Source: Thermoanaerobaculia bacterium (GTDB lineage Bacteria; Acidobacteriota; Thermoanaerobaculia; Multivoradales; Multivoraceae). Taken from it: 48,402 bases of DNA. A model generated the notes under the pieces. The model saw nothing but the letters and a program-made list of their open reading frames with translations, was not told the DNA's origin and did no database searches. Numbering within the stretch: the stretch's first letter is position 1; every line of letters starts with the position of its first letter. A program made the position numbers and the translations under genes. Below, piece by piece: positions 27,879 through 36,297 of this stretch. The stretch spans positions 1-48,402 of the forward strand of contig DATKDQ010000053.1 in assembly GCA_035544635.1 (NCBI GenBank), read 5' to 3'.

Positions 27879-28027
27879 AAGCGGCATCTTCTTCCGCCCG
27901 GTTTACGTCCGGGTGCTGAGATTCCCGCCCGGTTGCTTGGCTGAGATCCGCTACTGCGGGCGCGATCTGGTCGTTGGGTGACGACGCGCCGCTCGGCGGT
28001 AGAATCGGCGGCTGACAGACTGGCGCG

Positions 28028-28138
28028 ATGGCGATCCGCCCGATCCTCGGACTCGCTGACCCGCGGCTCCACCGGCGCCGCGAGGACCTGCGCGAGGACG
28101 AGATCGGCGGGGGTCAGATCGAGGAGGTGAAGCCATGA
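28028..28138 (+). pseudogene. def: N-terminal remnant (36 codons) of peptide deformylase
   Basis: Translates to MAIRPILGLADPRLHRRREDLREDEIGGGQIEEVKP-stop. MAIRPIL..DPRL is the usual Def N-terminus. No GxGxAAxQ, EGCLS or HExxH follow. The TGA overlaps the ATG of the next gene (ccATGAac). TAGAAT -10-like hexamer at 27999-28004. Confidence 0.5.
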
Positions 28139-29763
28139 ACGATGCGAAACGAACCCTGCTCTTCGCTGCGCTCGCCCTCGCCCTGGCGGGAGCGACGGCG
28201 GCGCGGGCGCAGCACGATCCCGGGCACGAGCACGCTCACGACCATGGCGCCGGTGCCGGCGAGCTCGGAGCGGTTCATTTCCCGACGTCCTGCGATCCCG
28301 CGGCGCAGCCCGACTTCGAGCGCGGCGTCGCGCTGCTGCATTCGTTCGGATACGAGCTGTCGCGCGAGGCGTTCGCGGCCGCCGCCGCTCGCGACCCGCG
28401 GTGCGGCCTCGCGTGGTGGGGAGTCGCGATGACCTACTACCATCCGCTGTGGGCTCCGCCGTCGGCCGACGAGCTGGCGGCGGGCGCCGAGGCTGCCCGG
28501 AAGGCCACCGCCGCGGGCGCCTCGACCGACCGGGAGCGCGCGTACATCGACGCCATCGCGGCGTTCTACCGCGACGCCGACTCGCTCGATCATGCGTCGC
28601 GGTCGCGCGCCTACCGCGAGCAGATGGAGGAGGCGGCCCGGCGTTTCCCCGACGACGCCGAGGCGCGGATCTTCCACGCCCTCGCGCTGCTGGGCACCGC
28701 GCCGCCGACCGACACCAGCCTCGCCCAACAGCGGCGCGCCGGCGAGATTCTCAATGCCGAGCTCGAGCGCCAGCCGCGGCATCCGGGCATCGTGCACTAC
28801 ATCATCCACTCGTTCGACTATCCTGGGCTCGCCGACCTCGCGCTGCCCGCTGCCCGCGCCTACGCCGAGATCGCGCCGGCGTCGCCGCACGCGCAGCACA
28901 TGCCGTCGCACATCTTCACGCGCCTCGGGCTGTGGCAGGAGTCGATCCGCTCGAACCTGGACTCCGAGGCCTCCGCCAACGCGATCGTGGCGAAGAAGCA
29001 CCCCGGCGCGGCAGCTATGGACGCGCTGCATGCGCTCGACTATCTGGAGTACGCCTATCTGCAGACCGGACAGCTCGAGAAGGCGCGAGAGGTGCTCGAA
29101 CGAGCCGCCACGGCGACCCGCTTCGACGACCCCAACTTCGCGGGCGGATACGCGCTGGCCGCGATCCCGGCTCGCTTCGCGCTCGAGCGCGGCGCGTGGA
29201 AGGAGGCGGCCCGGCTCGAGCCGCCTGGCGTGTCGCTGCCGTGGGACCGCTTCCCCTATGCGCTCGCCAGCACGCACTTCGCGCGCGCGATCGGCGCCGC
29301 GCGCACCGGCGACGCCGAGACCGCCCGCAGCGCGGTCGAGGCTCTCGCCGCGATCCAGCGCAAGCTCGCGGCCGCGCCGCCCGGCGGACCGTACGACTGG
29401 GCCGGGCAGGTGGAGTCGATGCGGCTGGCGGCGGCCGGCTGGCTGGCGCAGGCGGAGGGCCGGCCCGACCGCGCGATCGATCTGCTGCGGGAGGCCGCGG
29501 AGCTCCAGGAGCGGGTGGGTAAGCACCCGGTCACGCCGGGAGAGCTCCTCCCCGCTCGTGAGCTCCTGGCGGATCTCCTGGCCGAGCTCGACCGGCCGGC
29601 GGAGGCGGTGGCGGAGTACGAGGCGACGTTGGCTACGCAACCCAACCGCCGCCGGTCGCTCGAAGGCGCGGCGGCGGCCGCCGAGCGCGCGGGGGAGAGC
29701 GCGCGGGCGCGCGAGCTGCGCTCGAGGCTGGCCTCGCAGCTGGCCGAGAGCTCGGAGAGGTAG
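28135..29763 (+). CDS. Exported TPR-like helical-repeat protein with His-rich N-terminus
   Basis: Signal peptide (LLFAALALALAGATAARA-Q), then HDPGHEHAHDH, then helical repeats through the C-terminus. Family not named. Confidence 0.7.
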   Translation: MNDAKRTLLFAALALALAGATAARAQHDPGHEHAHDHGAGAGELGAVHFPTSCDPAAQPDFERGVALLHSFGYELSREAFAAAAARDPRCGLAWWGVAMTYYHPLWAPPSADELAAGAEAARKATAAGASTDRERAYIDAIAAFYRDADSLDHASRSRAYREQMEEAARRFPDDAEARIFHALALLGTAPPTDTSLAQQRRAGEILNAELERQPRHPGIVHYIIHSFDYPGLADLALPAARAYAEIAPASPHAQHMPSHIFTRLGLWQESIRSNLDSEASANAIVAKKHPGAAAMDALHALDYLEYAYLQTGQLEKAREVLERAATATRFDDPNFAGGYALAAIPARFALERGAWKEAARLEPPGVSLPWDRFPYALASTHFARAIGAARTGDAETARSAVEALAAIQRKLAAAPPGGPYDWAGQVESMRLAAAGWLAQAEGRPDRAIDLLREAAELQERVGKHPVTPGELLPARELLADLLAELDRPAEAVAEYEATLATQPNRRRSLEGAAAAAERAGESARARELRSRLASQLAESSER

Positions 29764-29787
29764 CGGCGTTGCTGCCCGCAGCGAGTG

Positions 29788-32655
29788 TCAGCGCCAGCGG
29801 AGCCTGGCGCCCATGCGCAGCACGCGCGGGCTCACGATCTCGCGCACGAAGTCGGCGGTCGGCGTGTCGAGCTCGGCGCCGCGCGCGAGCGCCGGCGTCT
29901 CGTTGAGCAGGTTGAACGCGTCGGCGGACAGGGTCAAGCCGGCCTTGCCGAGGCGGATCTCCTTCTCCAGCCGGACGTTCAACTGGTGGACGCTCGGGAG
30001 TCGCCGCGGATGCCTCTCGTCGGTCACGGCGACCCGGCGCACCAGGCCGTCGGTTCCCAGCGCGCTCTCGTAGTAGAGCATCGGGTAACCCTGGCGGCCA
30101 TGCGCGAGGACGGCGGCGCTGAAGCCCGCCCGGGCGTGGTACAGACCCGCGATCGAGTAGTCCCACTCGGCGTGCAGCGGCACGCTGCTCTTGTCGGGAA
30201 AGCTCGAGGCCGGTCCGAACGGCGCCGCGTGGTTGTCGCCGAAGCCCAGGAGGTCGGTGGGGTCGCGGGCCTCGTCAAACGCCGCGGGGACGCTCCACTC
30301 CTCGTCGCGCAGGTTCACGAAGCTGCGCAGCCGCCAGCGGGCGCGCAGCCGGCGCTCGAACCACAGGGTGGCGCCACGGTACTCGACCTCGCGCTCGCCC
30401 CGGGTGAGGAATCGGACGTCGATCGCCTCGAGGCCCTGGCGCAGCGCGAAGGTGGGCACGCCGTACGGCGCTCCGCCGGGCAGCGTGCCGGTGACCAGGG
30501 CGTCGGTGACGTAGTCCGCGCGCGTCGCGACGCGCACGACGCCCGAGCCATCGCGCACGAAGGGGTGCTCCTCGAGGAGACCGCGGTGCGAGCGCCACGT
30601 CAGCCGGCCGCCGACCGAGAAGCAGCCGGCCCCCGCGTGCTCGACGCTCCACAGCACCTCGTCGAGGGTCGGAGCCTCGAGCGACGGATCGACCACCGTT
30701 CCCCGGCTCACGCTCTCGACCGCGATCCGGGGCTCGCTCGCACCGGGGAGCGTGTCGCCGTCGAGATCGAGGAAGCGAACCGCGGCGAAGGTGAACGGCG
30801 ACTGGTCGGGGGCGGATAGCGCCTGCGCGAAGATCGGCGTCCCGAGCTGATCGGCGAACCGCGAGTAGCTTGCGCGCAGGAACGTCGTGCGTCGCTCGCC
30901 GAGCGCCCAGGTGACGCCCAGGCGCGGGACGATCGTCTCCCAGTCGAAGCCGCCGTCCGTTCCCATGACAGCGACGGCGGGCACGAGATCCGGCCGCAGC
31001 GGGTTTCCCGGGAGGGTCACGGGCCGCCGCTCGCCCCGCTGCCGGCCATAGCGCAGCCCGACGTCGGCGATCGCGCTGCCGATCGCGAGGGTGTCCTGGA
31101 CGTAGCCCGACCAGGTGTCGAGTTCGACCTCGCTCCTCTCGGGCCGGAAGAAGAGACGAGTCGGTGTGCCGCTTGCGGACGGATCCTCCGCCAAGACGCT
31201 GCTCGCCCCTCCCCAGCGCGAACGGGATTCGACCTCGGCCCGGCGGTACTCGACGCCGGCCGCGAGCTCGTGTCCGACCGCACCGGCGCCGAAGAAGGCG
31301 CTGGTGTCGATCCTCGCCTGATCGCGCGTGCGCTCGCTCTCCAGGGTGAGGGAGCTCGCTTGCAGGACGCCGGCGGCGTCGATCACCGGGGTCTCGTCCC
31401 CGCCGCGGGGCAAGAGCTCCAGCTCGCCGTCGACCCGCGCGAGCTGGGTGGAGAGGTGAAGCGCGGAGCCGAGGACGTGCGTGCCCCCGAGCTTGCCGAT
31501 GGTGGTCGGGGCGTCGAGGTCCGCGGTCGCGTCGAGCGCGCGGGAGGGTCCGCCGCCGACGCGGGCGATCGCCGCGCGGCTCCGGTGAACGAAGCCCTGG
31601 AGGCGATGCGAGGGGCCGACGTCGAGGTCGAGCTTGGCGGCGCCGTTGTCGACGTCGCGATCGCCCGCGCCCTGATCGAACAGGGTGGGGGGCGTCTCGA
31701 GCGCCATCTCCACCTCGGTGTCGTTGTAGCCGGCCCACATCCACAGCCGCTCGCGCGCCAACGGGCCGCCGAAGTCGGCGCCGTGCTCCACATACCGCTC
31801 CAGGCGGGGCGAGATCTCGAAGCCGGCCTGACCGGCGCCCACCGCGAGCTCGTCGGGGCCGGGCTGCCAGCGGTCGTCGGCGAGCAGGTAGCGCGCGGAG
31901 ACGCGCCAGGCGTTGGTGCCGCGCTTCGTCACCAGGTTGAGGACGACGCCCCCGGTGGCGATCGCGGCGTGGGTGCCGCCCGTCGTCACCTGCATCTCCG
32001 CGAACGAGCCGAAGTCGTAGAAGGTGGGCGTGGTCGCGAGCATCTCGGGATCGGTGAGGGTGACGCCGTCGACGGAGTAGACGTTCTGATCGGCGGCCAG
32101 AGCCGGCGCGCGTGCGACCGCCGGATGCGCCGCCTCGCTGCCCCCCACGTCGATGCGGTCGAGCAGCACGCCCGGCGCCTGGCGCAGGATCGTCCACGGG
32201 TCGCGCGCGGTGGGTATCTTCTCGAGCTCCTCCGCGGTGACCGTGACCCCGCACGAGGCGCGACGCTCGTCGAGCAGCGGGCATTCGGCGGTGAGCGTGA
32301 TCGCGTCGCTCGTCGCAGGCGTGAGGCGGACGCCGATCGTGGTCGAGCCGCCGACGCGGATCGGGATGTCGGAGTGCTCGTTGGGAGAGAAGCCCTCGAG
32401 CTCGATCCTGCCCTGGTACAGGCCGGGGGCGAGGCCGGCGAAGCGGAAGGCTCCTCGCGCGTTGGTGAGCCGGCGCAACGGGGGGCCCTGCTCGCCCCAC
32501 AGCGTCACCGTCGCCCCGCGCAGGGGCGAGCCGGCGTCGTCGCGGACCAGCCCGTAGAGAGCTCCCGAGGACTCCTGTGCGAGAGCGGGACCTCCCCAGA
32601 GCAGGCCGAGCACGGGGAGGAGAGCGGCGACGAGACGACGCGGGCTGATCACCAT
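29788..32655 (-). CDS. TonB-dependent-receptor-like outer-membrane beta-barrel with N-terminal carboxypeptidase-regulatory-like domain
   Basis: ATG 32655 (MVISPRRLVAALLPVLGLLWGGPALA-Q signal peptide). CarboxypepD_reg-like GLVRDDAGSPLRGATVTLW...ARGAFRFAGLAPGLY. Plug-like EELEKIPTARDPWTILRQAPGV. Long beta-rich C-terminus. The track ORF extends spuriously to 33336. Confidence 0.8.
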   Translation of the reverse strand: MVISPRRLVAALLPVLGLLWGGPALAQESSGALYGLVRDDAGSPLRGATVTLWGEQGPPLRRLTNARGAFRFAGLAPGLYQGRIELEGFSPNEHSDIPIRVGGSTTIGVRLTPATSDAITLTAECPLLDERRASCGVTVTAEELEKIPTARDPWTILRQAPGVLLDRIDVGGSEAAHPAVARAPALAADQNVYSVDGVTLTDPEMLATTPTFYDFGSFAEMQVTTGGTHAAIATGGVVLNLVTKRGTNAWRVSARYLLADDRWQPGPDELAVGAGQAGFEISPRLERYVEHGADFGGPLARERLWMWAGYNDTEVEMALETPPTLFDQGAGDRDVDNGAAKLDLDVGPSHRLQGFVHRSRAAIARVGGGPSRALDATADLDAPTTIGKLGGTHVLGSALHLSTQLARVDGELELLPRGGDETPVIDAAGVLQASSLTLESERTRDQARIDTSAFFGAGAVGHELAAGVEYRRAEVESRSRWGGASSVLAEDPSASGTPTRLFFRPERSEVELDTWSGYVQDTLAIGSAIADVGLRYGRQRGERRPVTLPGNPLRPDLVPAVAVMGTDGGFDWETIVPRLGVTWALGERRTTFLRASYSRFADQLGTPIFAQALSAPDQSPFTFAAVRFLDLDGDTLPGASEPRIAVESVSRGTVVDPSLEAPTLDEVLWSVEHAGAGCFSVGGRLTWRSHRGLLEEHPFVRDGSGVVRVATRADYVTDALVTGTLPGGAPYGVPTFALRQGLEAIDVRFLTRGEREVEYRGATLWFERRLRARWRLRSFVNLRDEEWSVPAAFDEARDPTDLLGFGDNHAAPFGPASSFPDKSSVPLHAEWDYSIAGLYHARAGFSAAVLAHGRQGYPMLYYESALGTDGLVRRVAVTDERHPRRLPSVHQLNVRLEKEIRLGKAGLTLSADAFNLLNETPALARGAELDTPTADFVREIVSPRVLRMGARLRWR

Positions 32656-32788
32656 CTTGTGTCCGGCGGCGGTCTGGGCCGAGCGGCGCGGCAGGCCAGG
32701 GCCGCAGCTCGAGAATACGAGGCGTGCTCTGCCGCGCGCCGCATTGTAGGCTCTTTGCCGAATCAGAGACGACGGCGAGGAGGATGCC

Positions 32789-34420
32789 ATGGCTGACGAA
32801 GCAGCGCGGTCGAGCCGCTCGCAGGGAGATTCCGCCGGCCGCCCTCGAGCCGAGAGCTCGGCCGAGGCCGCGGTGGGCGTGGACCGGCGGGAGCTCCTCG
32901 CCGCCTCCGCCGTCGCCGCGCTCGCAGGCCTCGTGCCGGGCTCGGCGGGCGCCGCTTCGCCGCGCCCGGACGGCCTTGCGTTCGCGGGGGCGGCCGAGGT
33001 CGCGGCCGCGCTGCGCGGCGGCGAGGTCTCCTCGGTCGAGCTGGTGGACCTCCTGCTGGCGCGCATCGAGCGCCACAACCCGACGCTCAACGCGATCGTC
33101 GCCCTCGGCGCCGAGCGCGCCCGCGAGCGCGCGTCGGAGGCCGATCGGGCACGCGCGCGGGGCGAGGAATGGGGGCCGCTGCACGGCGTGCCGATGACGA
33201 TCAAGGAGACCTTCGAGATGGCCGGCGTGCGCACCACCGCAGGCGCGCCCTTTCTCGCCCAGCACGTCCCGGAGCGAGACGCCGTCGTGGTCGAGCGCGC
33301 CCGTCGCTCGGGCGCGGTCCTCCTCGGCAAGACCAACGTACCCTTGATGGCGTCCGACTGGCAGAGCTACAACGAGATCTACGGGCGCACCAACAACCCC
33401 TGGGATCTCGAGCGCACTCCGGGCGGCTCGACCGGCGGAGGAGCCGCCGCCGTCGCGGCGGGGCTCTCCTACCTCTCCGTCGGCTCGGACATCGGTGGCT
33501 CGATCAGGATTCCCGCCGGCTTCTGCGGTCTCTACGGGCACAAGCCGACGCTCGGCCTGGTGCCGCTTCAGGGACACATTCCGCCGCCGCCGGGGACGCC
33601 GCCCGGGGTCCCGCTCGAGCTCCCGGTGGCGGGCCCGCTGGCGCGCAGCGCCGCCGATCTGGGGCTCGCGCTCGAGGCGCTCGGCGGCCCGCTGGAGCGG
33701 GAGGCGATCGCGTACCGCTGGGCGCTGCCCGCTCCCCGCCACGCTTCGCTGCGCGAGTACCGCATCCGCTACGTGCTCGACGATCCCTACTGCCCGGTGA
33801 CGGCCGAGGTGGGGCGCCTGCTCGGCGATGCGATCGACGCGCTGCGCGACGCCGGAGCGACGGTGGTCGAAGGCTGGCCCGAGGGTGTCGACCCCGCCGC
33901 GCAGCTCGAAACCTACCTCTACCTGCTGTTCCAGGCGATGGACCCCGGTCTCCCCGAAGCGGTGAAGGACACCATCCGGGCGGCGCGCGACTCCGGGGCG
34001 GCGATGGCCAGCCTCCGCGCTCGCGCTCTCGACGACCCCTATCACGAGTCGATGCGCCGGCGCGTCGAGCAGGAGGCCGCGCGCTCGGTCTGGGCGCGGT
34101 TCTTCGACACGCACGACGCCTTTCTGTCGCCGGTCTCGTTCGCGCCGGCGTTCCGGCACGATCCGTCGCAGCCGTTCGAGGCGAGACGCATCGAGACGGC
34201 GGAGGGCGACCGCGACTACGGCGATCTCATGCGCTGGATCGCGTTCGCGACCCTCACCGGCTGCCCGGCGACGGCGGCACCGGTCGGCCTCACCGCCGCC
34301 GGTCTGCCGGTCGCGATCCAGATCATGGGGCCGTACCTGGAAGACGCGACGCCGATCGACCTCGCCGGCCGCCTCGGTGAGGCGATCGGCGGCTTTCGAT
34401 CGCCGCCGGGGTTCGAGTAG
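32789..34420 (+). CDS. Amidase-signature family amidase with twin-arginine (Tat) signal peptide
   Basis: GVDRRELLAASAVAALAGL Tat motif. AS signature GGSTGGGAAAVAAGLSYLSVGSDIGGSIRIPA and catalytic Lys context PMTIKETF. RBS GAGGAGG. Confidence 0.9.
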   Translation: MADEAARSSRSQGDSAGRPRAESSAEAAVGVDRRELLAASAVAALAGLVPGSAGAASPRPDGLAFAGAAEVAAALRGGEVSSVELVDLLLARIERHNPTLNAIVALGAERARERASEADRARARGEEWGPLHGVPMTIKETFEMAGVRTTAGAPFLAQHVPERDAVVVERARRSGAVLLGKTNVPLMASDWQSYNEIYGRTNNPWDLERTPGGSTGGGAAAVAAGLSYLSVGSDIGGSIRIPAGFCGLYGHKPTLGLVPLQGHIPPPPGTPPGVPLELPVAGPLARSAADLGLALEALGGPLEREAIAYRWALPAPRHASLREYRIRYVLDDPYCPVTAEVGRLLGDAIDALRDAGATVVEGWPEGVDPAAQLETYLYLLFQAMDPGLPEAVKDTIRAARDSGAAMASLRARALDDPYHESMRRRVEQEAARSVWARFFDTHDAFLSPVSFAPAFRHDPSQPFEARRIETAEGDRDYGDLMRWIAFATLTGCPATAAPVGLTAAGLPVAIQIMGPYLEDATPIDLAGRLGEAIGGFRSPPGFE

Positions 34421-34476
34421 ATCGCGGATCGAGGCGACGGCGCGCCGCGGCGCGGCCGCGAGAGCGGAGGACGAGC

Positions 34477-35148
34477 GTGGTCAAGGTGGTGGCCTTCTTC
34501 AAGCGCAAGCCGGGAACCAGCGTCGAGGCCTTCGATCGGCACTGGCGCACGCGCCACGCGGAGCTGGTGCGCCGACTGCCGGGTCTGCGCCGGTACGTGC
34601 AGAACCCGACGCTCGAGTCCGGCTATCGCAAGCGCGAGCCGGTCTACGACGGCGTGGCCGAGGCGTGGTTCGACGATGGCGACGCGCTTCGCGTCTCGGG
34701 CGCCTCGGCCGAGTACCGGGCGGTCAAGGCCGATGAGGCGGCCTTCCTCGACGCCGCTTCGCTCGGGTCGCTCCTCACCGAAGAAGTCGTCGTCGTCGAG
34801 GGACCAGCGCCGCCGGACGGCGTGAAGCTCGTCGCCTTCCTCAACCGCCGTCCCGATCTCGAGCCGGGCGCGTTTCGCGCCTACTGGCGCGACCGTCACG
34901 GTCCGCTCGCCGCGGCGGTCCCGGGGCTTCGGCGCTACGTGCAGTGTCACGTCGCGCCGGGGATCTACCTCGCCGGACGTGAGCCGGTCTACGACGGTGT
35001 TCCGATCTCGTGGTTCGACGATGCCGACGCGCTGCGTGCGTCCGGCAGCTCGCCGGAGTACGAGGCGGTGCGACGGGACGAAGCGAGCTTCCTGGTGTCG
35101 CGCGCGCTTCCGTTCGTGATCGTGAGCGCGCGAGAGATCGCGATCTGA
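34477..35148 (+). CDS. Tandem EthD-domain protein
   Basis: Two internal repeats of about 105 aa (VVAFFKRKPG...HWRTRHAELVRRLPGLRRYVQN and LVAFLNRRPD...YWRDRHGPLAAAVPGLRRYVQC), typical of EthD/dimeric alpha-beta-barrel proteins. Confidence 0.8.
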   Translation: MVKVVAFFKRKPGTSVEAFDRHWRTRHAELVRRLPGLRRYVQNPTLESGYRKREPVYDGVAEAWFDDGDALRVSGASAEYRAVKADEAAFLDAASLGSLLTEEVVVVEGPAPPDGVKLVAFLNRRPDLEPGAFRAYWRDRHGPLAAAVPGLRRYVQCHVAPGIYLAGREPVYDGVPISWFDDADALRASGSSPEYEAVRRDEASFLVSRALPFVIVSAREIAI

Positions 35149-35197
35149 TTGGCAGGGGCGAGAGCTGTCCTACAATGCCGGCGGAGAGAACCACGCG

Positions 35198-36238
35198 ATG
35201 ACGAACGTCACTGTGCTCACCGGTGGATCGACCTTCGAGCGCAACGTCGCGCTCGCCGGGTCGGGGCTGGTCGCGGCGGCTCTGCGCGGGCGCGGCCATC
35301 GGGTCACGGTGGTGGACACCGTGCGCGGCGCGATCCGCCTCGAGGACGAGGAGCGCTTCCTCGATCCCGCCCTGGGGGTCGAGCCGCCGACCGCCGAGGA
35401 CCTCGCCGAGCTCCGCCCGCGCGAGCTCGGCTTCGATCTGCTCCGCCTCGACGAGGTGCGCTCGGCCGACCTGCTCTTCCTCGTGCTCCACGGCCGCCAG
35501 GGCGAAGGTGGACGACTGCAGTCGATGCTCGAGACCGCCGGGCTGCGCTATATCGGGAGCGACTCCGTCGGGAGCCTGTTGGCGATGGACAAGGACGTCG
35601 CGAAGCGGCTCCTGATCCACGCCGGCGTCGAGACGCCGGCCTGGCGCATGTGGCCCGCCGAGCGCTCCGAGATCGAGGCCCTGGGCCTGCCGCTGGTGGT
35701 CAAGCCGTCGCGGGAAGGATCGACCATCGGTCTCACCGTGCTGCGCGACCTGGTCGGCCTCGAGGCCGCCGTCGACCTGGCGCAGCGGTCGGACGACGAG
35801 GTGCTCCTCGAGTCGTTCGTCGACGGACGCGAGCTCACGGTCGGCGTTCTCGGCGAGCAGGCGCTCACCGTCGGCGAGATCGTCCCGCGTCACGAGATCT
35901 TCGACTACGAGTGCAAGTACACGCCCGGGATGTCGGAGGAGATCTTCCCGGCGCCCATTGACGCCGCGCTCACCGAGGAGCTGCGCGCGCTGGCGCTGCG
36001 CGCGCACCGGGCGCTCAAGCTGCGCGACTTCTCGCGGGTGGACTTCCGCGTGGACCGCGCCGGCCGCCCCTGGTGTCTCGAGGCGAACACGCTGCCCGGG
36101 ATGACCGCCACCAGCCTGCTGCCCCAGTCCGCCGCCGCCGCCGGCATCCCCTTCGACGAGCTCTGCGATCGCATGTGCCGCATGGCGCTGGCGCGCACCA
36201 GCGGGCGCGCACCAGCGGCCAAAAGAATGCGAGCGTAG
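35198..36238 (+). CDS. ddl: D-alanine--D-alanine ligase (ATP-grasp)
   Basis: VLTGGSTFERNVAL, HGRQGEGGRLQSMLE, KPSREGSTIG, EANTLPGMT. Confidence 0.9.
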   Translation: MTNVTVLTGGSTFERNVALAGSGLVAAALRGRGHRVTVVDTVRGAIRLEDEERFLDPALGVEPPTAEDLAELRPRELGFDLLRLDEVRSADLLFLVLHGRQGEGGRLQSMLETAGLRYIGSDSVGSLLAMDKDVAKRLLIHAGVETPAWRMWPAERSEIEALGLPLVVKPSREGSTIGLTVLRDLVGLEAAVDLAQRSDDEVLLESFVDGRELTVGVLGEQALTVGEIVPRHEIFDYECKYTPGMSEEIFPAPIDAALTEELRALALRAHRALKLRDFSRVDFRVDRAGRPWCLEANTLPGMTATSLLPQSAAAAGIPFDELCDRMCRMALARTSGRAPAAKRMRA

Positions 36239-36283
36239 GGGGTGGTAAACACCACCCCCGAAGCTCGCGCCGTCCGCGGCGCC
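36238..36283. repeat. Mosaic intergenic repeat: tetraloop hairpin + GC mini-hairpin
   Basis: GGGGGTGGT-AAAC-ACCACCCCC (36238-36259), then GCGCCGTCCGCGGCGCC (36267-36283). Flanked by a 20-nt imperfect direct repeat (36219-36238 and 36282-36301). Confidence 0.8.
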
Positions 36284-36297
36284 AAAGGAATGCGAGG

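Noticed and set aside
27845-28136. Small minus-strand ORFs (75 aa and 61 aa) in the long tatA-TPR intergenic region
   Set aside because: They are Arg/Ser/Pro-rich with no RBS. They overlap the 76-nt repeat and the def remnant on the opposite strand. There is no coding signature.
30275-34159. 1294-aa minus-strand ORF (and similar giants: 1614-3452, 11874-13283, 13979-15448, 28114-29640, 34841-36985, 37327-39465, 40822-42117, 42898-44487, 45367-47973, 14872-16293)
   Set aside because: All overlap, out of frame or antisense, genes that have strong family signatures. The translations are dominated by R, P, G and A runs and cross real gene boundaries. I treat them as non-coding frames of a GC-rich genome.
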